Shown in pieces: positions 19,521 to 29,910 of a DNA stretch of 41,538 nt; positions within the stretch are counted from its first letter, which is position 1, and the number at the start of each line of letters is the position of its first letter. Made by a program: the position numbers and the translations under genes. Below the pieces are notes generated by a model that saw nothing but the letters and a program-made list of their open reading frames with translations, ran no database searches and was not told the DNA's origin. Origin of the DNA: Alphaproteobacteria bacterium (GTDB lineage Bacteria; Pseudomonadota; Alphaproteobacteria; 16-39-46; JAJRRM01); NCBI GenBank assembly GCA_024279475.1, contig JAJRRM010000080.1:1-41538 (forward strand). The letters run 5' to 3'.

Positions 19521-20811
19521 AAGCCTCCATTTTTTATATATAGCTTTAGGATATTTATTTCTACCCTTTTTATGGCTGTTTTTACGTTGGCGTCTTATCT
19601 GTGGAAAAGAGAATAAACAACGTTTACCTGAGCGTTATGGTAAACCAACTCTTAAACGACCAAAAGGCACGCTTCTTTGGATACATGGAGCTAGTGTTGG
19701 AGAATCTCTTTCTGCCCTTCCTTTACTAGAAGGCATTCAACAAAATTATCCAAATATAACTATCCTCATGACATCAGGAACAGTTACCTCTTCTAGAATT
19801 TTAAAGAAACGCCTTCCTCCTGGTGCTATTCATCAGTTTATTGCTCTAGATGCTCAATTTTATGTGAATCGTTTTCTTAACCATTGGAAACCAGATCTTG
19901 TTTTTTGGCTAGAATCAGAGCTATGGCCTAATCATTTGCTTGCTCTTAAAAATAGGCATATTCCTGTTATATTAGTAAATGCTCGCTTATCTCCAAGTGC
20001 TTATAAATCCTGGTCTTTTTTCAAGCTAATTTCTAAAAATATTCTTAGCTGTTTTTGCCTTTGCTTAGCCTCTACTCAAAATGTTGCTAAAAAATTAAAA
20101 AAATTAGGTGCCCAGAATATAAAAACACCTGGTAATTTAAAATATGCTGCTGGGCCTTTGCCTATAGATGAAGAAGCTTTTATTCATCTTCAGCGCATTT
20201 TAAAAAACAGACCTCTCTGGGTAGCTGCTAGCACACATCCTGGTGAAGAAAAAATATTTATTGAAACGCATAAATTTTTAAAAAGATCTATTCCAAATAT
20301 TCTCACAATACTTATTCCTCGTCACCCTGAGCGTGGTGAGGCTATCTTAGAAGAAGCAAGAAAAAGTAATCTAACTATTACACGTCGATCTCTTGACCAC
20401 GATCCCACTAATGAAACAGATATCTATCTTTCAGACACCCTCGGTGAGCTGGGTCTCTTTTTTTGCCTTTCTTCTATTGTTGTCATGGGTGGATCTTTTG
20501 TATCTATTGGTGGGCATAATCCTTTAGAACCTGCTTACTTTAAGACAGCTCTTGTCTGGGGACCTCATATGTTTAATTTTCCAGAAATAGAAAAAAATTT
20601 CTTAAAAAATAAGAGCGCCCTTAAAGTATCTAAATCAAAAAAACTTAATTCTATATTACTTGATCTACTTACGCACCCTAATAAGGCAGAAAAATTAGGA
20701 ATTCTTGCTAAGAAAGAGCTGCGAGAGCAAGAAAATATTTTACAAAAAACATTAAAATATATAGATCCTTATATAAAGAAATCTTTAAAAGATAGAAAGC
20801 GAAAAACTTAA
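19513..20811 (+). CDS. waaA: Kdo transferase
   Basis: WIHGASVGE, ESELWPN, ASTHPGEE, PRHPER and GGHNPLEPA. Confidence 0.96.
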   Translation: MFKSLHFLYIALGYLFLPFLWLFLRWRLICGKENKQRLPERYGKPTLKRPKGTLLWIHGASVGESLSALPLLEGIQQNYPNITILMTSGTVTSSRILKKRLPPGAIHQFIALDAQFYVNRFLNHWKPDLVFWLESELWPNHLLALKNRHIPVILVNARLSPSAYKSWSFFKLISKNILSCFCLCLASTQNVAKKLKKLGAQNIKTPGNLKYAAGPLPIDEEAFIHLQRILKNRPLWVAASTHPGEEKIFIETHKFLKRSIPNILTILIPRHPERGEAILEEARKSNLTITRRSLDHDPTNETDIYLSDTLGELGLFFCLSSIVVMGGSFVSIGGHNPLEPAYFKTALVWGPHMFNFPEIEKNFLKNKSALKVSKSKKLNSILLDLLTHPNKAEKLGILAKKELREQENILQKTLKYIDPYIKKSLKDRKRKT

Positions 20812-20816
20812 CTCTC

Positions 20817-21791
20817 ATGGTATTTAGACCCCCCAAATTTTTTTATAATTCCTCTTTTTCTAGCTTTTTTCTTAAGCCCTTCGGTTTTATTTTTTCTCTT
20901 GTTACCGTCTTTAGACGTAAAATAAAAACATCCTATAGATCAAAATTTCCTGTTATTTGTTGCGGTAACATAACTTTAGGTGGTACAGGAAAAACACCTA
21001 CAGCTTTATGGATTGGGAAAAATCTAAAAAAACAAGATAAAAAAATAGCTTATCTAACCCGTGGTTGGAAAGGAACAGAGCTAGGACCTTTGCTTGTAAA
21101 CCCCAAGAAGCACACATCTTTTCAAGTAGGAGATGAGGCTCTTTTATTAGCCAAAGAGGCTCTTACTATTGTAAGCAAAAATAGAAAAGAGGGTGCAAAA
21201 TTTGCAGAAACATTAGATATAGATATATTAATTATGGACGATGGATTTCAAAATCCATCACTCTACAAAGATTTTACCTGCCTTATTTTTGATGGAGCAT
21301 CCGGCCTTGGAAATGCCTCTCTCTTTCCAGCTGGTCCTTTAAGAGAAACTCTAAAATCTGGCTTATCTCTTTCAAACTGTGCTTTAATAATTGGTAAAGA
21401 TAGAACAAAGCTAAAAGAAAAAATTCAAAAAATAAAAGAGAATTTTCCTATTTTTGAAGGAACGCTTGAACCAATGCCTAATGATATCGATAAAAAAGAA
21501 GCTTATATTGCTTTTGCTGGCATAGGCTTTCCTGAAAAATTTTTTTCTACTTTAAAAAAGTCTAATTTTTGTGTTCTGGAAAAAAAATATTTTTCAGATC
21601 ATTATAGCTATACTTCCAGCGATTTAATAAAGTTAACGACACTAGCTAACTCCCTAAAAGCAAAACTTATTACGACAGAGAAAGATTTTGTTCGATTGCC
21701 AAACGCTTACAAAAAAGAGGTACTTTTTTTACCTATAACATTAGAAATGAAAAAAGAAAAAAAATTTTTATCTTTATTAAAAAACCTATAA
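20817..21791 (+). CDS. lpxK: Tetraacyldisaccharide 4'-kinase
   Basis: GNITLGGTGKTP, DDGFQN, PAGPLRE and TTEKD. Confidence 0.96.
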   Translation: MVFRPPKFFYNSSFSSFFLKPFGFIFSLVTVFRRKIKTSYRSKFPVICCGNITLGGTGKTPTALWIGKNLKKQDKKIAYLTRGWKGTELGPLLVNPKKHTSFQVGDEALLLAKEALTIVSKNRKEGAKFAETLDIDILIMDDGFQNPSLYKDFTCLIFDGASGLGNASLFPAGPLRETLKSGLSLSNCALIIGKDRTKLKEKIQKIKENFPIFEGTLEPMPNDIDKKEAYIAFAGIGFPEKFFSTLKKSNFCVLEKKYFSDHYSYTSSDLIKLTTLANSLKAKLITTEKDFVRLPNAYKKEVLFLPITLEMKKEKKFLSLLKNL

Positions 21792-21795
21792 TCTT

Positions 21796-23757
21796 TTATT
21801 TGTTCTTATTTTCTGCTTTTTTATATTCTGGCACTAGTACCCTCAAGAGTTTCATAGTTTTTTCTAGATTCTGCTGAGAACAAGCAGAAGAAAGCTCCTC
21901 TAAATGTTTTTTTAGCAAACGATAATTCGTAAAACGTGGAGCTGCTTGAAATATTTTAGGACATACGGTTTCTTCCATTTTTTCGTTCTCATGAAAAAGT
22001 TCTTCATATAACTTTTCACCTGGACGCACCCCTGTATATTTCATTTTTATATCTTTTTCTGGCACCTTGCCAGCTAATAAAGTCATTTGCCTCGCTAGAT
22101 CAACTATACGTACAGGTTGCCCCATATCTAGAACAAAAATTTTTCCTTGTGAATCAGCACCTTTTCTTTTCAGAACAGCTGTCTGCAAAACTAATGAAAC
22201 AGCTTCTTGAATAGTCATAAAATAGCGAATCATATCTGGATGTGTTACTGTAATAGGACCCCCTTTTTTTATCTGGCTTTGAAATAAAGGTACAACTGAC
22301 CCTGTTGACCCCAAGACATTTCCAAATCGAACAGTAATAAACTTTGTTTTTATTTTTGTATTTAGCATATCTAAAGACTGACAATATGTTTCAGCCAATC
22401 GTTTTGATGCTCCCATCACATTCGTTGGGTTAACAGCCTTATCTGTAGAAATTGTTACTATTGTTTTTACATGATATTTTCGACAAGCATCCGCCACTAT
22501 ACGCGTTCCTATAACGTTTGTTTTAATACCTTCTAAAGGATTTATTTCTACCATAGGCACATGTTTCAGAGCAGCTGCATGGAAAACAATTGTTGGCTTA
22601 TATTTTCTAAAAATAGTATTTATACGTTTCTCTTGTGTTACATCTGCTAGCAACGTTATACATTTTAAACGAGGGTACTTTTCCCTTAATTCCATATCAA
22701 TTTTATAAAGATTATATTCTGAATTATCCAATAAGATAATTTCCTTTATCCCAAGCTCTGAAACTTGACGTATAAGTTCACTTCCTATACTGCCTCCAGC
22801 TCCCGTTATTAGTACAATTTCTTTTTTAAAATATTTTTCTATAGGCTTTCTATTCAAGTTTATTTCATCTCTTCCCAAAAGATCTTCAACGGAAATATTT
22901 TCAACAGCAATGCTATTGCTTATCTCATTTTGTGGCAAAAGCTTTTGGAGAGAAACATCATACTCAGTAGCTATTTCTAAAAGATTCTTAAAATCATTGG
23001 CCGTAAAAGCGTTTGTATCAGCTACAAGCAAATTTTTAAAAGCCTTTTGTTTCTCATATTTTTTTTTCAAGATAGTTCTTAAATTTTTATAAACACCTAG
23101 AACTGGAACTCCATACATTGATCGGCCAACAAATTTCTCATTACTATGAATAACCCCTGTAATATTAAACGACTGCAACTGAGGAACCTGTTGCTTATGG
23201 AGAATCTCTTCTAGCCATTCATCGTTTCCAAGAATAAGGGAAAACTCCTTTGAGTTCTCCTGCATTTGGTTGTTTCCCTTCTTTGAAGAATGCCATGTAT
23301 AGTACACATATCGCACTGCAACTAAGCTAAATATTTGGACAAAAAAAACTAAAATAGGTAACGAACGTGGCATAGAGTAAACACTATTCAGTGCCAAAAA
23401 GATGGGAAGGTATGTTAAAAACGTGAAAAAACAAAGCTTTGCATAAGCTATAAGGTCATGAAAGCTTAGAGTTCTCCACATGCGTGTATAATTCTGAGAA
23501 ATAAGATACCATCCATAGGCTACAAGCGTAAAAATACCTACGTGGATCAGAACAAAGCCCACTGGGTAATCAAGCGTGTTTTCTCCTACACGAAGGAACA
23601 AAGCAACAGGTACAGAAGCCATTGCCACGAAAAGATCAAAGGATAAAATAACTGCTTGACGCGAAAATCTCTTCGCTATAAAAAAACCTATTTTCTTGAA
23701 AAAGAAAGAACCTGAAGCCCAAAAATTATTTTTTAACATTAGTATCCACATTTCCAA
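21796..23757 (-). CDS. Membrane-anchored nucleoside-diphosphate sugar epimerase/dehydratase (CapD/WbpM/PglF family)
   Basis: N-terminal TM segments, ITGAGGSIGSEL, HAAALKHVP, STDKAVNP, RFGNVLGS and RPGEKLYEEL. Start codon uncertain. Confidence 0.92.
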   Translation of the reverse strand: MEMWILMLKNNFWASGSFFFKKIGFFIAKRFSRQAVILSFDLFVAMASVPVALFLRVGENTLDYPVGFVLIHVGIFTLVAYGWYLISQNYTRMWRTLSFHDLIAYAKLCFFTFLTYLPIFLALNSVYSMPRSLPILVFFVQIFSLVAVRYVYYTWHSSKKGNNQMQENSKEFSLILGNDEWLEEILHKQQVPQLQSFNITGVIHSNEKFVGRSMYGVPVLGVYKNLRTILKKKYEKQKAFKNLLVADTNAFTANDFKNLLEIATEYDVSLQKLLPQNEISNSIAVENISVEDLLGRDEINLNRKPIEKYFKKEIVLITGAGGSIGSELIRQVSELGIKEIILLDNSEYNLYKIDMELREKYPRLKCITLLADVTQEKRINTIFRKYKPTIVFHAAALKHVPMVEINPLEGIKTNVIGTRIVADACRKYHVKTIVTISTDKAVNPTNVMGASKRLAETYCQSLDMLNTKIKTKFITVRFGNVLGSTGSVVPLFQSQIKKGGPITVTHPDMIRYFMTIQEAVSLVLQTAVLKRKGADSQGKIFVLDMGQPVRIVDLARQMTLLAGKVPEKDIKMKYTGVRPGEKLYEELFHENEKMEETVCPKIFQAAPRFTNYRLLKKHLEELSSACSQQNLEKTMKLLRVLVPEYKKAENKNK

Positions 23758-24145
23758 GCTGAACTATATGCTTCCAGCAGTTTGTTGGAATAGGCATAAC
23801 AGACAAACGCGATTGACGGAACAGAAGCAAATTCTCTAAAAAAGAGTCTTTCTTCATCTCTTTTAATGTAACAGGATTGAGAAAGGTCTCTATAGCTTCT
23901 AGATCCACCATACCAAACCGTGTGTCTTTCGGATCGGGGTAGTATGTTTTTACAATCTTCACAACACCTTTTATCTGAGGATTTTTAACAGATTGGTAAA
24001 AAAATCCAAGATCACCTATGCTCATTTCTTTCATAAAATTACGAGCTTGATAATTACGCACCCCATCCCATGGTTCTACACCAACAGCACAATGGTCTTT
24101 CCAAGACCATGTTTCTGGTTCAGATTTAAATAACCAAAATTTCAT
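23726..24145 (-). CDS. EVE domain protein
   Basis: WLFKSEP...WDGVRNYQARNF...RQSRLSVMP. Confidence 0.93.
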   Translation of the reverse strand: MKFWLFKSEPETWSWKDHCAVGVEPWDGVRNYQARNFMKEMSIGDLGFFYQSVKNPQIKGVVKIVKTYYPDPKDTRFGMVDLEAIETFLNPVTLKEMKKDSFLENLLLFRQSRLSVMPIPTNCWKHIVQLGNVDTNVKK

Positions 24146-24180
24146 TTTGCTCCAACTCCTAACTAATATATAATCAATCT

Positions 24181-25194
24181 ATGCAATTCTATCAAAAAAG
24201 AGAACAAAAAAACGTTGCTTATTGGAATTTTTTTCTAAGCTTATGTGTCCTTATTATGGCAGCTCTCGGTGCAGCAACCCGTTTAACCGGTTCTGGATTG
24301 TCAATGGTAGAGTGGAATCCCTTTATTGGAGCCATTCCTCCCTTAAATGAAAATTCTTGGTTCGACCTTTTTCAGAAATATAAGGAAACAGCCGAATTCA
24401 TAAAAGTAAATACATATTTTTCTCTACAAGACTTTAAATCTATTTTTTGGCTTGAATATCTTCACCGATTATGGGGCAGACTCATTGGCTTGTTCTTTTT
24501 ATTACCTTTTTTTTATTTTCTATGGAAAAAGAAACTCTCAAAAAAAGAATCTATTATTTTATTTTTACTCTTTAGCTTAGGTCTTTTTCAGGGTGCTGTT
24601 GGATGGTTTATGGTTAAAAGTGGTCTTACAGACCAACCCTGGGTAAGCCCTTTTCTATTAGCCTTTCATTTAACTTTAGCGGCCTTCCTCATCCTTGCTT
24701 TTTTTGTTACAGGATTACACTTCCTTCACCTAATTCCTTTGCCAAAAATATGGAAAAATATATATCCTTACAGCTTACTTAAAACAAGCTTATGCTTTTT
24801 ATTTATAACATTTTTTTTCGGGGCCCTTGTTGCAGGGAATAAAGCTGGACTTATCTATAATACTTTTCCTAAAATGGATAATACATGGATACCTGATGAT
24901 TTATGGAAGCAGACAGTCTGGTGGGAAAATTTTTTTTACAACCCATCGATGATTCAGTTTATGCATCGTTTATTGGCTATATTTACTATTCTTTTTGCCT
25001 TTTGGACAAGCCTACTAGCCTGGAAAATAGACAAGCTAACAATGGTTTGGTGTGGATGCTTATTATTACAAAGCTTTTTTGGCATTTTAACACTTCTGTT
25101 TCATGTTCCTATTTTTCTAGCTACTCTTCATCAAGCTTGGGCTTTTACTTCCTTGCTTTTTGGAGTTTTCCTATACTACAGATGGCACCGTTAA
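24181..25194 (+). CDS. ctaA: Heme A synthase (COX15/CtaA)
   Basis: TRLTGSGLS, EYLHRLWGR, QGAVGWFMVKSG and QFMHR. Confidence 0.94.
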   Translation: MQFYQKREQKNVAYWNFFLSLCVLIMAALGAATRLTGSGLSMVEWNPFIGAIPPLNENSWFDLFQKYKETAEFIKVNTYFSLQDFKSIFWLEYLHRLWGRLIGLFFLLPFFYFLWKKKLSKKESIILFLLFSLGLFQGAVGWFMVKSGLTDQPWVSPFLLAFHLTLAAFLILAFFVTGLHFLHLIPLPKIWKNIYPYSLLKTSLCFLFITFFFGALVAGNKAGLIYNTFPKMDNTWIPDDLWKQTVWWENFFYNPSMIQFMHRLLAIFTILFAFWTSLLAWKIDKLTMVWCGCLLLQSFFGILTLLFHVPIFLATLHQAWAFTSLLFGVFLYYRWHR

Positions 25195-26395
25195 TCCCAG
25201 ATTTTTTCAAAGCTTCAAGGCCTGGCAACGGTCTGCCCTCTACAAATTGAAGAAAGGCTCCTCCAGCTGTAGAAATATAAGAAAAACTTTCAAAATATCC
25301 CGCTTGTGTTAGAGCTGCCACGGTATCACCACCACCTGCAATACTTATTAAATTTTTTTCATATGTACGCATAGCAACATATTGAGCAACTTCTATTGTT
25401 CCACAATCGTATGGTTCGACTTCAAACAATCCCAATGGACCGTTCCACAGTAAGGTGTTTACACTTTTTATACAGTACTGAAAAGCTTTTATCGTTGTAG
25501 AACCTATATCTAGTGCTATATCATCATCTTGTATATTTTCCACAGTAACTCGTCGTTTTAACGCTCCTGGGTTCATAGATTTTGCTACAATTACATCTGA
25601 TGGTAGCACTAATTCACAATGATTTTCTTTTGCTTTTTTGAAAAAATACTCTGCTAAATGCACTTTATTTGGCTCACAAATAGACTTGCCTATCTGATAT
25701 CCTTTTGCCAAAAGAAGTGTATGAGCAATACCTCCCGCTACGGCTAAAATATCTATTTTTGAGATAAGATTTTCTAGCAAATCCAGTTTTGTAGAAATCT
25801 TATTTCCTCCCACAATTGCCATTAGTGGCCGTTTAGGATTCTCCAAAAAATTTCCCAGCATTGTTATTTCTTTTTGAAAATAGTTACCTATTAAAGATGG
25901 AAGAAATTGAGTAATAGCATCTACACTAGCATGCGCTCTATGGCTAACAGAAAAAGCCTCATTAATATAATAATCCGCTAGTTCAGAAAGAGATTTTGCA
26001 AAGTCCTTACAATTTTCAGATTCTTCTTTATTAAAACGCAGGTTTTCCATAAGAATAATCTCTCCCGGAACCATTTGCTTCACACGCTCTTTTAAGGACT
26101 CTGTTACTTTATAATCAGGGGAGAAATACACATGATCGCCCAAAATAATATCACTTAAAGCAGCAGCCATACATTGTAAAGAATATGCCCCATAGGCACT
26201 GCCTTTTGGTTGTCCTAGATGAGAAATCAGCACAATTTTAGCTTGCTTTTTACGCAACGCTTCTATTGTAGGAGCTACCCTCTCAATACGTGCAGTATCT
26301 TGAATAACACCCGACTTCATAGGGACATTAAAGTCCACCCGCACAAGTACGGTCTTTCCCTCTAAATCTACATCATCTATAGTCAGATAATGCAT
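25145..26395 (-). CDS. pgk: Phosphoglycerate kinase
   Basis: RVDFNVP, ENLRF, WNGPLG, GGGDT and STAGGAFL. Confidence 0.97.
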   Translation of the reverse strand: MHYLTIDDVDLEGKTVLVRVDFNVPMKSGVIQDTARIERVAPTIEALRKKQAKIVLISHLGQPKGSAYGAYSLQCMAAALSDIILGDHVYFSPDYKVTESLKERVKQMVPGEIILMENLRFNKEESENCKDFAKSLSELADYYINEAFSVSHRAHASVDAITQFLPSLIGNYFQKEITMLGNFLENPKRPLMAIVGGNKISTKLDLLENLISKIDILAVAGGIAHTLLLAKGYQIGKSICEPNKVHLAEYFFKKAKENHCELVLPSDVIVAKSMNPGALKRRVTVENIQDDDIALDIGSTTIKAFQYCIKSVNTLLWNGPLGLFEVEPYDCGTIEVAQYVAMRTYEKNLISIAGGGDTVAALTQAGYFESFSYISTAGGAFLQFVEGRPLPGLEALKKSGINGAICSIGKLQKARK

Positions 26396-26431
26396 ATTTG
26401 TGAACTTTCTTTAAAATATAAAAGAGATTAA

Positions 26432-29400
26432 ATGACAAAATTTGAAACTCCTTTTGACTTTACTAACTATCAGTATAACCGTCAGGAAGAACTTAACAAG
26501 ACCCATACTCTATTTTGCCAATTTTTAAGGAAAAATGATACTTCTTTACACGATAGATATTTAGAATCTCTTCAATTGAAAAAAGCGCCTAATACCGATT
26601 TTCTTATAAAAATAGCTATACACTTAGAAGGTTTTCTAAAAAATTATTTTTCTTTAAATATTTGTTCTTCCTCTGAAGAATCTATGGAAAACATTTCTTG
26701 GGCAAAAAAGCATTTTATCCAAAAACGAGCAAAGCCAAAAATTAAAGACCTTCTCAATCAAATAAAAAAACAAGAAGGCTTAAGTTTAATTTTATCTCTA
26801 AGCACCTGTTTATCGGCTCCTTTGAGCGAGTTAACATTATCTATGGCTATAAAAAACTGGTATAAAAACCCTGGGAAACATACCTCTTCTATTCAAGCAG
26901 CTCTTATGTTTTCTGTATGGGCAATGACAACAAAAAAAGGGGGGGAATTTACAAAAGGTTGGACACTTTTTAGCCTGCCACAATCTGTTAATTATCAAAA
27001 TTTAATTTCCATGAAAAATAAAGCCTTTTCCTATAGAAATGGTTTTGATTTGACAGATAAAGGTCCCTCAAAAAACTATGCTTTGGATCAAGCATTCTAT
27101 TGCCTTTATTGTCATGACAGAAAAAAAGATAGCTGTTCTACAGGAAAATATTCCCAAAAAAATCATATACTAGAAGAAAATCCTTTGGGATATAAATTAG
27201 CAGGCTGTCCTTTAGAACAAAAAATATCTGAGATGAACTTCTTAGCAGCTAAAGGAAAGTTTTTAGGAGCACTGGCTATTGCTATGATAGATAACCCCTT
27301 GCTAGCCGCTACAGGTCATCGTATCTGTCAAGATTGCTCCAAAGCCTGTATATTTCAAAAACAAACACCTGTAGATATCCCTGCCATAGAGACTTTCCTG
27401 TTTGATACTATCTTAAAGTATCCCTACGGCTTTGAAATTTATAATCTTCTTACACGTTGGAATCCTTTAAATTTAGAGAGACCTTTGCCAAAAAAACCGA
27501 CAAATAAAAAAGTGCTAGTAGTGGGAATGGGGCCTGCTGGATTCACTCTAGCCTATCATTTATTAATGGAGGGGCACTTTGTTGTAGGAATTGATGGTCT
27601 TAAAATTGAACCTCTGTCTATACCTGCTCTTGCACCTATTCGAAATATGGCAGATTATTTTGAGCCCCTAAGCAAACGCCTTCCTAAAGGGTTTGGAGGA
27701 GTAGCTGAATATGGTATTACAGCACGATGGAACAAAAACTATCTCCTCCCCATTCGTCTTATTCTTGAACGATGGGGAAACCGCTTTCAGCTCAATGGAT
27801 CCACACGTTTTGGTAGCACTATAACACTTGATCAAGCTTACGAACAAGGATTTGATCATGTAGCGCTTTGTGTTGGCGCTGGAAAACCACGATTGCCAAA
27901 ATTACCAAATGTTCTTGCCAATGGTGCAAAACTAGCTAGTGATTTTCTTATGGCCTTGCAGCTAAGTGGAGCTCAACGAAAAGATACACTCCTGCCTCTT
28001 ACTATTGATCTTCCTTGTATGGTAGTAGGGGGAGGTCTTACCGCTGTAGATACAGCTACAGAAGCGTTAGCCTATTACCCTGTACAAATAGAAAAGGTTT
28101 TAAGCCGCTATGAAGTGCTAGAAAGCTCTATTGGAGAAAAAGGTATTAACTCTTTTATTATAAATAAACTCTCTACCTCAGAACGTTTTCAACTTCAGCG
28201 ATGGCTCATCCATGCTAAGGAATTAAGGCTCGAACGTCGTATAGCTACTCAAGAAAAAAGAGATCCAAATATCCTAAAATTTCTTAATAAATGGGGTGGT
28301 GTACACTTAATTTATCGAAAACTTTTACAAGAGTCTCCTGCCTATATTTTAAACCATCCAGAACTTCAAAAAGCTTTAGAAGAGGGTGTTTCTTTCTGGG
28401 AACAACTAGATATAATTAAAATTAATACAGATGAAAAAAATAACCTTGAGTCTATAACTTTTAAGCATAAAAATACTCAAGAAAGCACCTATCCAGCAAG
28501 ATCACTCCTTTGGGCAGTAGGAATTCAACCCTCTACTTTAGAAAATAAAAAAGAAACTCTAGGCTTACAAAAAGATATCACCTTAACTTGGCCAAAAAAT
28601 GACAAAGAATTTATTATCTATACAAATGATACTCATCAAACTGTAAGTTGCTTTGGTGACTATCATCCGTTCTATGCAGGTAGTGTTGTAAAAGCTATGG
28701 CTTCTGCAAAAAATGGGTATAAAATAATTTCAGAACAGCTAAAAGCATGTACTTTTAAAGAAGAAAAGAAGCTGCCTGACTTTTCAGCTACTGTATATAA
28801 AAACAAACAAATAATACAAGGATATCATGAGCTTATTTTCCATGCTCCTTGGGCTGTTAAAAATTTTGAACCTGGACATTTGTATCGCCTTCAACCGTAC
28901 TTCAAAGATATTAAAGAAAAAAATGGAAACCTTTTTGTGGGTGAAGGAGTTGCACTTACTGGTGTGAAAGTAAATAAAGAAAAAGGATTGTTACATACCC
29001 TTATATGGTCTTGTGGACTTTCTTCTAAAACCTTAATATCCTTAATGAAAAATCAACCTGTTTCTCTCATGGGGCCAACGGGCTGTGCTACACACTTTGA
29101 AAAGGGAGAAAAAATTCTTCTAGTAGCTGGACAATTGGGTGTTGCTTTGGGAAAGAAAATGCGAGCAGCTGGTTGTGAAGTTGTCTATATTACAAGCTTT
29201 CGAAATGAAGCATACCCTTTAGACAAAAAAGATTTTTTACAAGCAGGAGATACAATTCTAGCCTGTTCTTTAGGAGAACTTCCTTCTTTTTTCAAAAACA
29301 GCTCCCATCTTCACTGTATAAAGGGTCAAACGTTGGATGCTTTATCTTATTATAAGTCTTTAAAACATCCTCCTATAACTTTAAATAATTTTGATCGTAT

Positions 29401-29698
29401 TATGACAATAGGCTCTCCTAAATTGCTTATGAACTTTCAACATAAGTTTTATGATCTATATAAAGATCTATTTAATCCCCTAGCAAAGTGGATTATAGCC
29501 ACTACCACCCCTATGCAATGTATGATGAAAGGTGTATGCGGACAATGTCTTCAGCGCGACAGTAACGATAATTATACCTTTTCTTGTGCTTGGCAAGATC
29601 AAGATCTTTGCACCTTAGATCTAAAATTTATGAATAAACGGTTAAATCAGAATCATGTACAAGAGCTTCTTTTTTTATCTTGTAATTTACACTTATAA
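26432..29698 (-). other. Minus strand of this interval: no substantial coding signal (see the + strand CDS)
   Basis: Only a 63-aa shadow ORF (27668..27859) lies on this strand. Confidence 0.3.
26432..29698 (+). CDS. Fe-S flavoprotein: GltD/NfnB-like FAD/NAD(P)H domain fused to a C-terminal PyrK/NfnA-like domain
   Basis: CLYCH..DSC, GCPL, ICQDCSKAC, VVGMGPAG and VVGGGLTAVD. The C-terminus has LMGPTG and MQCMMKGVCGQC...FSC. Confidence 0.85.
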   Translation: MTKFETPFDFTNYQYNRQEELNKTHTLFCQFLRKNDTSLHDRYLESLQLKKAPNTDFLIKIAIHLEGFLKNYFSLNICSSSEESMENISWAKKHFIQKRAKPKIKDLLNQIKKQEGLSLILSLSTCLSAPLSELTLSMAIKNWYKNPGKHTSSIQAALMFSVWAMTTKKGGEFTKGWTLFSLPQSVNYQNLISMKNKAFSYRNGFDLTDKGPSKNYALDQAFYCLYCHDRKKDSCSTGKYSQKNHILEENPLGYKLAGCPLEQKISEMNFLAAKGKFLGALAIAMIDNPLLAATGHRICQDCSKACIFQKQTPVDIPAIETFLFDTILKYPYGFEIYNLLTRWNPLNLERPLPKKPTNKKVLVVGMGPAGFTLAYHLLMEGHFVVGIDGLKIEPLSIPALAPIRNMADYFEPLSKRLPKGFGGVAEYGITARWNKNYLLPIRLILERWGNRFQLNGSTRFGSTITLDQAYEQGFDHVALCVGAGKPRLPKLPNVLANGAKLASDFLMALQLSGAQRKDTLLPLTIDLPCMVVGGGLTAVDTATEALAYYPVQIEKVLSRYEVLESSIGEKGINSFIINKLSTSERFQLQRWLIHAKELRLERRIATQEKRDPNILKFLNKWGGVHLIYRKLLQESPAYILNHPELQKALEEGVSFWEQLDIIKINTDEKNNLESITFKHKNTQESTYPARSLLWAVGIQPSTLENKKETLGLQKDITLTWPKNDKEFIIYTNDTHQTVSCFGDYHPFYAGSVVKAMASAKNGYKIISEQLKACTFKEEKKLPDFSATVYKNKQIIQGYHELIFHAPWAVKNFEPGHLYRLQPYFKDIKEKNGNLFVGEGVALTGVKVNKEKGLLHTLIWSCGLSSKTLISLMKNQPVSLMGPTGCATHFEKGEKILLVAGQLGVALGKKMRAAGCEVVYITSFRNEAYPLDKKDFLQAGDTILACSLGELPSFFKNSSHLHCIKGQTLDALSYYKSLKHPPITLNNFDRIMTIGSPKLLMNFQHKFYDLYKDLFNPLAKWIIATTTPMQCMMKGVCGQCLQRDSNDNYTFSCAWQDQDLCTLDLKFMNKRLNQNHVQELLFLSCNLHL

Positions 29699-29771
29699 AT
29701 TTATTGTTTTCCTATTACAATAAATGCTGTGATGAGATAGACCTCCTAAATTAAAAACAAGGGAGTATCTT

Positions 29772-29910
29772 TTAATGAATAATTTTAAGTAAAATCATTC
29801 CAGAGGAGAAACAACCAACTTGCGGCATAACTCACTACCCTTAAAAAATTTAAAATAATGCTTATGTTTAAGAATTGCCATAGATGGGTGAAGAAAGTGT
29901 TATGGGAGAA
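29772..29910 (+). repeat. 139-bp direct repeat, copy 1 (internally deleted IS6 tnp)
   Basis: Matches 33057-33195 with 2 mismatches. Confidence 0.95.

Noticed and set aside
23726-24145. EVE domain as part of a modification-dependent restriction system
   Set aside because: Stand-alone proteobacterial-type EVE with no fused or adjacent nuclease.
25145-25194. 50-bp convergent overlap of pgk and ctaA
   Set aside because: Most simply a stop-codon shift giving Pgk a short tail, which is common in compact genomes.
29811-29904. ~92-bp segment flanked by GGAGAA as a novel MITE with a target-site duplication
   Set aside because: The segment translates to IS6 transposase C-terminal remnants and is better explained by deletion and recombination at microhomology.
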